From Roseomonas genomospecies 6 (GTDB lineage Bacteria > Pseudomonadota > Alphaproteobacteria > Azospirillales > Azospirillaceae), in the NCBI RefSeq assembly GCF_008365375.1, contig NZ_QOKW01000029.1, forward strand, positions 44,366 to 84,365: a DNA stretch of 40,000 bases. Direction: 5' to 3'. Below the pieces are notes generated by a model. The model searched no databases, was not told the DNA's origin, and saw nothing but the letters and a program-made list of their open reading frames with translations. The first letter of the stretch is position 1. Each line of letters opens with the position of its first letter. The position numbers and the translations under genes were made by a program. Below are positions 33,168-40,000 of this stretch, in pieces.

Positions 33168-34181
33168 ATGCGCATCCTGGTCTGTGAATTCGTGACCGGC
33201 GGCGGCATGCCGCCGGACGCCCCCATCCCCGCCAGCCTCGCCCGCGAAGGCGACCTGATGCTCCGCGCCCTGGTCGCCGACCTGCTGGAGGTGCCGGGAG
33301 TGGAGGTCACGGTCACGCGCGACGCCCGCCTGCCGCCGCTGCCTCCACAGACATGGTCGGCGCCCGTCCGCAGCATAACCGTCACCGACCCGCGCGAGTC
33401 CTGGACCCTTTGGGAGCATCTCGCCCGGGAAGCGGAAGCCGTGTGGCCCATCGCTCCGGAAACCGACGGCGCGCTGGAGCGCTTCAGCCGCATGGTCGAG
33501 GCCGCCGGGCGCCGCCTTCTCAACAGCCGCGCCGACGCGGTGGCCGTCGCGTCCAGCAAGGCGGCGACCGCCGCCGCCCTGTCCGAAGCCGGGCTGCCTG
33601 TCGTGCCGGTCCGGCGGGTCGGCACCCTCGGCGCGGGTGGACCGCCGTGGGACGGCCCCTGGGTCGTCAAGCCGGACGACGGGGCCGGATGCATCGAGAC
33701 CCGGCTGATCCACGACCGCTCCGAATGGGACCGGTGGCGCGGCATGGCCGACCGCTCCGGCTTCGTGGTGCAGCCCTTCCAGCCCGGCACGCCCGCCAGC
33801 CTGTCGATGCTCTGCCGCGACGGGCGGGCATGGCTGCTGACCGTCAACCGCCAGACCATCTCGCTGCACGACGGCTCCTTCGCCTATGGCGGCGGCATCG
33901 TCGGCGGGATGGTGCCGTCGCCGGCCCTGTCCGGACTCGCGCAGGGCGTCGCGGCGGCGCTGCCCAGCCTGTTCGGCTACGTCGGCGTGGATGTCATCGC
34001 CAGGCCCGGCGGGCCGATGATCGTCGAGATCAACCCGCGCCTCACCACATCCTATGCGGGGCTGCGGCGCGCGACCGGACTGAACGTCGCGGCGGCGGTG
34101 CTGGATCTGGCGCGCGATCCGCCCGTCCCGCCGAAGCCGGTGGAGCGCACCGAACCGGTCCTTTTGACGCTGGAGGGGTAA
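33168..34181 (+). CDS. ATP-grasp ligase (MfnD-like) of the methanofuran/H4MPT cluster
   Basis: Motifs: MRILVCEFVTGGG, VVKPDDGAGC, GYVGVDVI...IVEINPRLTTSY. It is divergent from the HisA/F-like gene, with a spacer of only about 16 nt. Confidence 0.7.
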   Translation: MRILVCEFVTGGGMPPDAPIPASLAREGDLMLRALVADLLEVPGVEVTVTRDARLPPLPPQTWSAPVRSITVTDPRESWTLWEHLAREAEAVWPIAPETDGALERFSRMVEAAGRRLLNSRADAVAVASSKAATAAALSEAGLPVVPVRRVGTLGAGGPPWDGPWVVKPDDGAGCIETRLIHDRSEWDRWRGMADRSGFVVQPFQPGTPASLSMLCRDGRAWLLTVNRQTISLHDGSFAYGGGIVGGMVPSPALSGLAQGVAAALPSLFGYVGVDVIARPGGPMIVEINPRLTTSYAGLRRATGLNVAAAVLDLARDPPVPPKPVERTEPVLLTLEG

Positions 34182-34184
34182 CGC

Positions 34185-35231
34185 ATGGAGAGCGGCGGGC
34201 TGATCGGGCTGGACATCGGCGGGGCGCACCTGAAGGCGGCTCTGTTCGACGAGGCGGGGACTCTCCGCGATCTCGGTCAATGGCCCTGTCCGCTCTGGCA
34301 GGGCCTCGACCGGCTGGAAGCCGCCGTCGGGGCGGTGCTCGCCCAATGGGGTCTGCCGCGACGGGCCGCCGCGACCATGACCGGCGAACTGGCCGACCTG
34401 TTCGACGACCGCGCGGACGGCGTGCGCCGCATCGCCGTGGCGATGCGCTCCGCCCTGCCCGCGGCAAGCCTCACCCTCTTCGCCGGCCCCCGTGGACTGG
34501 TGCCCGCCGAAGCCGTGCCGGACTGCGCGGGCGCGGTGGCCTCCGCCAACTGGTACGCCACGGCGCTGGTGGCCGCCGGGGCCGGAGACGGACTCCTTCT
34601 GGATGTCGGAAGCACCACCACCGACATCGTCCCGCTGGTCGGCGGCGGCCCGCGCCACGCCGGCTATTCCGACGCGGAGCGGCTGGAGAGCGGGGAGTTG
34701 GTCTACACCGGCATCGTGCGCACCCCGGTCATGGCGGTCGCCCGCGCCGTTCCCCACAACGGGCGCTGGCGCACGCTGATGGCGGAGCTGTTCGCGACCA
34801 TGGCCGACGTCCACCGTCTGACCCGAACGCTGCCGGAGGGCGCCGACCAGCACCCCACGGCGGACGGGCGAGACCACGGCATCGAGGCCAGCGCACGGCG
34901 GCTGCTGCGGATGGTGGGCGACGACCTGGAGCCGGGCGGTCTTCCGGCGGCCTGCCGCCTCGCCCGCCATCTCGCGGAACGCCAGCTCCGGCAGATCGAG
35001 GACGCGCTCGACCAAGTGCTGTCCCGGGACTTGGCGGCGGACTCCCCGCCCCTCGTGGGAGCCGGGGTGGGCCGCCTCCTGGTGAAGCGTCTGGCCGAGC
35101 GCCGGGGGACGGCCTATCGGGACTTCGAAGCCCATCTGCCGGTTGCGCCGGATTTGCGGGAGCGCGCCGGGTGGTACGCGCCCGCCGTCAGCGTCGGCTG
35201 GCTGGCCCTGCATCATGCTCCCTTCTCCTGA
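34185..35231 (+). CDS. Hydantoinase/oxoprolinase-related 'H4MPT-linked C1 transfer pathway' protein
   Basis: Motifs: IGLDIGGAHLKAA, MTGELADLF, LLDVGSTTTDIVP, ELVYTGIVRTPV. It begins 3 nt after the upstream stop. Confidence 0.75.
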   Translation: MESGGLIGLDIGGAHLKAALFDEAGTLRDLGQWPCPLWQGLDRLEAAVGAVLAQWGLPRRAAATMTGELADLFDDRADGVRRIAVAMRSALPAASLTLFAGPRGLVPAEAVPDCAGAVASANWYATALVAAGAGDGLLLDVGSTTTDIVPLVGGGPRHAGYSDAERLESGELVYTGIVRTPVMAVARAVPHNGRWRTLMAELFATMADVHRLTRTLPEGADQHPTADGRDHGIEASARRLLRMVGDDLEPGGLPAACRLARHLAERQLRQIEDALDQVLSRDLAADSPPLVGAGVGRLLVKRLAERRGTAYRDFEAHLPVAPDLRERAGWYAPAVSVGWLALHHAPFS

Positions 35232-35327
35232 GATTGACGGTGCGCCGCACAAACACCTTTGCCCGATTGCTGCACCCTTCGGCGCGGCCCCATACTCGCT
35301 CAAATGGACAAAATGCAGGAACGGACG

Positions 35328-36302
35328 ATGGCTGGCACGGCCGCGTTCCTCCGAACGCCCGCCCCCACGGCGTTGGCCCGCATTTGGGTGTTGGGCATCT
35401 GGCTATCGGGCGTCTGGCTGTTGTGGGCAGCACCCGCGCAGGCCGATCCATTGCCCATGTTCGAAGTGGCGCCCGGCATCTTCGTGCATGCGGGCCGCCA
35501 TGAGGAAACCGATCCCGGCAACGTGGGCGACATCGCCAACTGCGGGTTCATCGTGGGTGACGACGCGGTCGCCGTGATCGACACCGGCGGCTCCCCAACG
35601 ATCGGGCGACGGCTGCGCGAGGCGATCCGGGTCCGCACCGACCGGCCCATCCGCTATGTCATCAACACCCACATGCACCCGGACCATGCGCTGGGGAACG
35701 CGGCCTTCCTGCCCGACCAGCCGGATTTCGTGGCGCACCACAATTTCCAGGCGGCCCTGATGGCGCGCAGCGGCCATTACCGGAAGTCCTTCGAAGCGGC
35801 GGTCGGGTCCGAGGCGGCCGGAGAGGTGCAATTCCTCCCGCCGACCGTCGTTGTATCCGACCGTATGGACCTCGACCTGGGGGCGCGCGTTCTGGAGCTG
35901 GTCGCGCACCCGGTGGCGCACACGGACAACGACCTGACGGTGCTCGACCGGTATACCGCGACGCTGTGGACCGGGGACCTGCTGTTCATGGATCGGGCGC
36001 CGGCCATCGACGGTTCCGTCCTCGGCTGGCTCCGCCTGTTGGATACGCTGGCTGCGGAACCGGCGGCGCGCGTGGTCCCCGGACATGGACCGCCCTCGGC
36101 CCCTTGGCCGGACGCGGCGGCCGATCTGCGCCGCTACCTGAACCAGATCGTCGCCGGTGTCCGCTCGGTCCAGGCTGCTCACGGAACCATGCAGCAGGCG
36201 GTCGACACGGTCGCCTCCGACGAAGCTCCGCACTGGCGGCTGTTCGATGCCTACAACCCGCGCAACGTGACGGCGGCCTTCGCGGAATTGGAATGGGAAT
36301 GA
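35328..36302 (+). CDS. Exported metallo-beta-lactamase-fold hydrolase (matches the 'quinoprotein relay system zinc metallohydrolase' context)
   Basis: HxHxDH motif as NTHMHPDH, later HTDND and PGHG. The N-terminus has a hydrophobic signal or anchor (IWVLGIWLSGVWLLWAAPAQA). In-frame alternative starts exist at 35304 and 35313. Confidence 0.78.
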   Translation: MAGTAAFLRTPAPTALARIWVLGIWLSGVWLLWAAPAQADPLPMFEVAPGIFVHAGRHEETDPGNVGDIANCGFIVGDDAVAVIDTGGSPTIGRRLREAIRVRTDRPIRYVINTHMHPDHALGNAAFLPDQPDFVAHHNFQAALMARSGHYRKSFEAAVGSEAAGEVQFLPPTVVVSDRMDLDLGARVLELVAHPVAHTDNDLTVLDRYTATLWTGDLLFMDRAPAIDGSVLGWLRLLDTLAAEPAARVVPGHGPPSAPWPDAAADLRRYLNQIVAGVRSVQAAHGTMQQAVDTVASDEAPHWRLFDAYNPRNVTAAFAELEWE

Positions 36303-36316
36303 AACGGGAGGACAAC

Positions 36317-37147
36317 ATGACGGCATCGCACCGGATCATCTCCGGGCCGGCAACGGCCGCGCTGGCGGGAGCGGCTTGGCTGTGCCTGGGCGCCGGAACC
36401 GCTCTGGCGGCCTCGCCTCAGGAAGAGCGCTGGGACATGCTGCGCGACATGTATTTCTCCGGCCGTACGGTCGAGGACGCCGGACCGCTCCTCAGCCTGG
36501 AGGCGCCCAAGCGCGCCAACGACGCGGCGGTGGTTCCCGTCCGCATCGTGACCGCTCCCGGTGCCGGCATCCAGGTGACCGCGGTTCATCTGATCGTCGA
36601 TGGCAACCCGGTGCCGCTGGCCGCAACCTTCCGCTTCGCCCAGGGCGACAGCCCACAGACCATCGACACCCGCTTGCGGGTCGACGCCTACACGAACATC
36701 ACCGCCGTCGCCGAGACCGGCGACGGACGGTTGCTCCGGACCGTCCAGTTCGTCAAGGCGTCCGGGGGATGCTCGGCTCCGGCCCTGAAGAACGCGCAAC
36801 TCACCGTCGCCCGCATGGGCAAGATGAAGCTGAACCTGCCCGACAGCATCGCCGCCGGAAAGCCGATGACCGCGCAATTGCTGATCAGCCACCCCAACTA
36901 CACCGGCATGCAGTATGACCAGCTCAATCACTACATCATCCCGGCCCACTATGTGAAAAGGATCGCCATCCGCTACAACGGAGCGCCGGTGCTTGACGTG
37001 CAGTCCGACATTTCGTTGAGCGAAGACCCCAGCATCCATTTTTCCCTGGTGCCTGACGAACAAGGCACGCTGGAGGTCATCGCCGAGGATTCGAACGGAC
37101 GCATCTTCAATGAGAGCTGGCCGATCCGGGCCAACTCCGGTTCGTAG
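36317..37147 (+). CDS. SoxY-SoxZ fusion carrier-like protein (quinoprotein dehydrogenase-associated)
   Basis: ATG at 36317 with GGGAGGA RBS and a signal peptide ending ALAAS. The SoxY-like half ends at VKASGGCSAP (Cys codon 36770-36772). The SoxZ-like half contains LLISHPNYTGMQ and IPAHYV. Confidence 0.8.
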   Translation: MTASHRIISGPATAALAGAAWLCLGAGTALAASPQEERWDMLRDMYFSGRTVEDAGPLLSLEAPKRANDAAVVPVRIVTAPGAGIQVTAVHLIVDGNPVPLAATFRFAQGDSPQTIDTRLRVDAYTNITAVAETGDGRLLRTVQFVKASGGCSAPALKNAQLTVARMGKMKLNLPDSIAAGKPMTAQLLISHPNYTGMQYDQLNHYIIPAHYVKRIAIRYNGAPVLDVQSDISLSEDPSIHFSLVPDEQGTLEVIAEDSNGRIFNESWPIRANSGS

Positions 37148-37164
37148 GGGGAGAACCGGACCGG

Positions 37165-37506
37165 TCAGAAGCACTTCAGGTCGGCGGCGACCTGAACCTG
37201 CCGGAACTCGTCCAGCAGATCCTTGATCCACCCGACGTCGCGCATCAGCGAGGCGCGCTCGCCGGGGGCGTCCTGCATGCCGCGCGCGGTCTCGACCGCG
37301 ACGTAGCTGTCGTAGGGGAAGTGCGCGGCAATCTCGTCGATGCTGCACGAACACTTGCGCACGACGTCCGGACCCTGGCCATTGGACACCATGCAACCCA
37401 GGACATAATCGACGCGGGCTTGGGTGGGATACCCCTCCTCGGCCTGCGCCGTGCCGAAGCCGACCAGAGTCGCGACCAGCACAACCGGGACAACAGTTCT
37501 CTTCAT
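37165..37506 (-). CDS. Exported 4-Cys hypothetical protein (113 aa)
   Basis: ATG at 37506. Signal peptide MKRTVVPVVLVATLVGFGTAQA. The mature part has C..(12)..C.C and a C-terminal ...LKCF. It is convergent with the SoxYZ-like gene, 17 nt apart. Confidence 0.55.
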   Translation of the reverse strand: MKRTVVPVVLVATLVGFGTAQAEEGYPTQARVDYVLGCMVSNGQGPDVVRKCSCSIDEIAAHFPYDSYVAVETARGMQDAPGERASLMRDVGWIKDLLDEFRQVQVAADLKCF

Positions 37507-37713
37507 CGGATCAAGCCCAAACCGTTCTGCGCAGATGCGCGCCATATGGTGCGGCGATCCGGCAATCCGGCTCAAGCACGCATTCGGAGACCACCGCCCG
37601 ACGATTTCAAAGGAGGACGAGGCATCCCGCAACAAACCATGATAATAAATGCACTCTTACATCAAATACTCCATACTCATTTTCCATCTGGCTATCCATA
37701 AGTATCATGGCTG

Positions 37714-37741
37714 TTGCATGACTGGGCCAGTAGGCTATCTT
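37714..37741 (+). promoter_or_regulatory. Candidate sigma70-type promoter for pqqA
   Basis: TTGCAT (37714-37719), a 16-nt spacer, then TATCTT (37736-37741), in an AT-rich patch about 60 nt upstream of pqqA. Pattern match only. Confidence 0.35.
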
Positions 37742-37800
37742 AAGAGGGCAGGAACCACCGACCACCCTCCTCATCCATTGGAGATCTGAGGGAGCGCATC

Positions 37801-37881
37801 ATGAAGACTTGGCGCAAACCGAAAATCCACGAAATCGCCGTCGGCACCGAGATCAACGCCTACGCCTGCGCCCAACTCTGA
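37801..37881 (+). CDS. pqqA: PQQ precursor peptide PqqA (26 aa)
   Basis: Not in the ORF track because it is too short. Sequence: MKTWRKPKIHEIAVGTEINAYACAQL*, with the conserved W-x-x-P, E-x-x-x-Y (EINAY) and RBS GAGGGAG 6 nt upstream. Confidence 0.85.
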   Translation: MKTWRKPKIHEIAVGTEINAYACAQL

Positions 37882-37922
37882 CGGCAACGCACCATCGCAC
37901 GAGCATGTCCGCGACCGACTTT

Positions 37923-37960
37923 CCAGCGGCAGCGGGTCGCCTCGGCCCCGCTGCCGCTGG
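37923..37960 (+). terminator. Perfect 14-bp stem hairpin between pqqA and pqqE; attenuator or processing-protection structure
   Basis: CCAGCGGCAGCGGG-tcgcctcggc-CCCGCTGCCGCTGG. There is no T-tract after it, so it is probably a partial terminator or stabiliser, as described for other pqq operons. Confidence 0.5.
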
Positions 37961-38020
37961 ACGTTCCCCGCCGTGCCGATGAATGATCGACGATTTGGGT
38001 GAAGGAGGATTCCCGGCGCC

Positions 38021-39106
38021 ATGGCCGTGCCCGATCCGCCCTACGCCGTTCTGGCCGAGCTGACCCACCGCTGTCCGCTCGCTTGTCCCTACTGTTCGAA
38101 CCCGCTGTCGCTCGACGCGAAGACCGGTGAACTCGACACGGACAGTTGGAAGCGCGTGCTGGACGAAGCCGCCGAAATCGGGGTTCTGCAAATCCACTTC
38201 TCCGGCGGCGAGCCTTGCGCGCGCACCGACCTGGAAGCGCTGGTGGAGCACGCCACCCAGGCCGGGCTGTACAGCAACCTCATCACCTCCGCCGTCACGC
38301 TCGACCGCCGCCGGTTGGACCGCCTGAAGGCGGCAGGCCTCCAGCATGTGCAGATCAGTTTCCAGGACACGCGCCCGGAGGGGAACGACCGCGTCGCCGG
38401 TTTCCCGGGCGCCCACGAACGCAAGCGCCTCGCCGCCCGCAGCGTGGTCGAGGCGGGTCTTGCCCTGACGGTGAACGCCGTCGTGCATCGGCACAACATC
38501 GATCACGCCGACGAATTCTTCGACCTCGCCTTGGATTTGGGTGCCGGCCGCATCGAGGTCGCCAACGTGCAGTATTACGGATGGGGGCTGCTGAACCGCG
38601 CTGCCCTCATGCCGACGCGCGACCAGCTTCTCCGCATGGACGCCGTCGTCCGGGAGCGGATGGCCGGGCTTTCCGGGCGTCTGGTCGTGGACTACGTCGT
38701 ACCCGACTATTACGCCCGCCGGCCGAAGGCCTGCATGGGCGGATGGGGGCGGCGCTTCATGAACATCACGCCATCCGGCAAGGTCCTGCCCTGCCACGCC
38801 GCCGAGACCATCCCCGGCCTTGCGTTCGAGACGGTGCACGACCGACCGCTCGGCGCCATCTGGCGGGACTCTCCGGCTTTCGAACGGTTCCGCGGGACGG
38901 GTTGGATGCCAGCCCCTTGCCGGGATTGCGACCGCCGGGAGATCGACTGGGGCGGATGCCGCTGCCAGGCGCTCGCGATTGCCGGAGACGCCGCCGCCAC
39001 CGATCCCGTGTGCGAATTGTCGGCCGATCACGCGCGCGTCGTCGCGCTTGCCGAGGACGAGTCGGGGCGCGGGGACGAGCCTTTCGTGTATCGGCGGCAC
39101 GCGTAG
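38021..39106 (+). CDS. pqqE: PQQ biosynthesis radical SAM/SPASM enzyme PqqE
   Basis: Motifs: VLAELTHRCPLACPYCSNP (CxxxCxxC), SGGEP, NLITS, QISFQD, ANVQYYGWGLLNR, PDYYARRPKACMGGWG, LPCHAA, and SPASM PCRDCDRREIDWGGCRCQA...DPVC. Confidence 0.92.
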   Translation: MAVPDPPYAVLAELTHRCPLACPYCSNPLSLDAKTGELDTDSWKRVLDEAAEIGVLQIHFSGGEPCARTDLEALVEHATQAGLYSNLITSAVTLDRRRLDRLKAAGLQHVQISFQDTRPEGNDRVAGFPGAHERKRLAARSVVEAGLALTVNAVVHRHNIDHADEFFDLALDLGAGRIEVANVQYYGWGLLNRAALMPTRDQLLRMDAVVRERMAGLSGRLVVDYVVPDYYARRPKACMGGWGRRFMNITPSGKVLPCHAAETIPGLAFETVHDRPLGAIWRDSPAFERFRGTGWMPAPCRDCDRREIDWGGCRCQALAIAGDAAATDPVCELSADHARVVALAEDESGRGDEPFVYRRHA

Positions 39107-39145
39107 CCGGGTCAGCACGACCAGGAGAAAAGGCGATTTCCGAGG

Positions 39146-40000
39146 TCAGGCCGGGCGCGACGGATCGAAGCGGACGAACCACTGTCCCATGCCGTCCGGC
39201 GCCGAGGCGTCGTAGTGAAGCGACGACAGACGCAGACGGCCGGCACTGCCCAGTTCGGGACCCGTCGCCATGGTGTGGAAGCTCTCGCCACCCATGAGAC
39301 GGTGCACGATCGTCAGGTAAAGCCGCGACAGCACCCCGTCTCGCAGTGTGGTCGACAACATGCGGGGGCCGGCCAGCAAGTACACGCTGCGGAAACCAAG
39401 CCTGCCGAGTTCCCGAACCAGTGGTGCCCCCTCCACAAACGCACCGTCTCCGGCGATGATGACCGGATAGCCGCGCGCGCGCAGCGCTTCGACCCGGTCG
39501 GGCGGCGCCTGCCGGCCGGTCGCGATCAGGACGCGCTGGCCCGCCCGGACGACGGACTCCGGCATCGGAAAGTCGAGGCTTGCGCTTGCGATCACGACGG
39601 AGGGCTGAGCGGACAGGCCTTTCTCCTTCCTCCAGCGCGGAAGGTCGCGCCCCCCGTCGCGTGTTCCGATCTGCAGGACATCATCCAGCCTCCCCGCCGC
39701 GAGGTCCCGCAGGTACCCCCCATGCGTGACGAAGCAATCGGCTTGTGCCTGCAATTCCAGGAACAGGCGAAAGTCGTTCTCGTTGGTGATCTCGACCGGA
39801 AGATGGCTTGCCCCGGTGCGCTGATCCTGCAACGCGATCCGCCCATCCAGGCTGCCGACGAAGCTCGCATAGACGAACGGCGCTGCGGCACTTCCGAGAG
39901 TGTGCACCGCATCGGCCAGATACAGTCCGGCCAAGGCCACGTCCTTGATCGGAGCGGGGAAAAGCCTCAACACGCGCGCAGCCATCCCCAACGATAGCAT
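39146..40000 (-). CDS. RibD C-terminal domain / DHFR-like reductase; possibly dihydromethanopterin reductase (DmrA)-like
   Basis: Motifs: FVGSLDGRIAL, NENDFRLFLELQAQADCFVTHGGY, VIASASLDFP, LLAGPRMLSTTL, LYLTIVHRLMGGE. An ATG sits exactly at the window edge (39998-40000), with an alternative ATG at 39985. The true start may lie outside the window. Confidence 0.68.
   Translation of the reverse strand: MLSLGMAARVLRLFPAPIKDVALAGLYLADAVHTLGSAAAPFVYASFVGSLDGRIALQDQRTGASHLPVEITNENDFRLFLELQAQADCFVTHGGYLRDLAAGRLDDVLQIGTRDGGRDLPRWRKEKGLSAQPSVVIASASLDFPMPESVVRAGQRVLIATGRQAPPDRVEALRARGYPVIIAGDGAFVEGAPLVRELGRLGFRSVYLLAGPRMLSTTLRDGVLSRLYLTIVHRLMGGESFHTMATGPELGSAGRLRLSSLHYDASAPDGMGQWFVRFDPSRPA

Noticed and set aside
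31875-35303. 1142-aa minus-strand ORF spanning fae through the hydantoinase-like gene
   Set aside because: It crosses five independently recognisable genes on both strands, including a minus-strand gene in a different frame. It has no domain signatures and is a GC-driven open frame.

Overview
This is a high-GC segment that looks alphaproteobacterial; the taxon is an inference from composition and gene content only. All family assignments come from reading the translated ORFs and recalling families from memory. No searches were run. Start codons were chosen by RBS, overlap and ORF-track frame arithmetic.

Layout:
- (1) 1-4.5 kb holds a remnant of an arsenic-resistance locus: a thioredoxin-fold fragment, arsH, an ArsO-like flavoprotein with a Cys-rich tail, and an apparently truncated MFS gene. 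An orphan REC-GGDEF regulator follows.
- (2) 4.6-6.6 kb holds folP flanked by two paralogous small 4-Cys ORFs.
- (3) 6.7-40 kb is a tightly packed lanthanide/PQQ/H4MPT methylotrophy island. In order it contains:
  - an AT-rich control region;
  - xoxF, a c-type cytochrome, and xoxJ fused to a CXXCW domain;
  - a divergent pair of exported unknowns (one DUF3280-like);
  - a cofactor-biosynthesis operon (FolB-like, amino-acid-kinase-like, DHPS-like, DUF447, mfnB);
  - a long minus-strand array: PCD-like, fhcBADC, a PedA1A2BC/Lut-type ABC importer with beta-propeller, and two uncharacterised small ORFs;
  - mptG-mtdB-(ATP-grasp)-mch-mptN-(CitG-like)-fae;
  - HisA/F-like, ATP-grasp and hydantoinase-like genes;
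  - an MBL hydrolase plus a SoxY-SoxZ fusion carrier (the 'quinoprotein relay' context);
  - a 26-aa pqqA (too short for the ORF track), a 14-bp hairpin, then pqqE with no pqqB/C/D;
  - a RibD_C/DHFR-like reductase at the right edge.

I saw no rRNA, tRNA, CRISPR array, transposase or integrase. Two nested-palindrome REP-like elements and several short tandem repeats are present. Many long ORFs in the track are GC-driven shadow frames and were rejected.

The most interesting unexplained pieces are:
- the MBL/SoxYZ-fusion/4-Cys protein module;
- the orphan pqqA-pqqE pair;
- the two small ORFs coupled to the lanthanide-type ABC importer;
- the XoxJ::CXXCW fusion.
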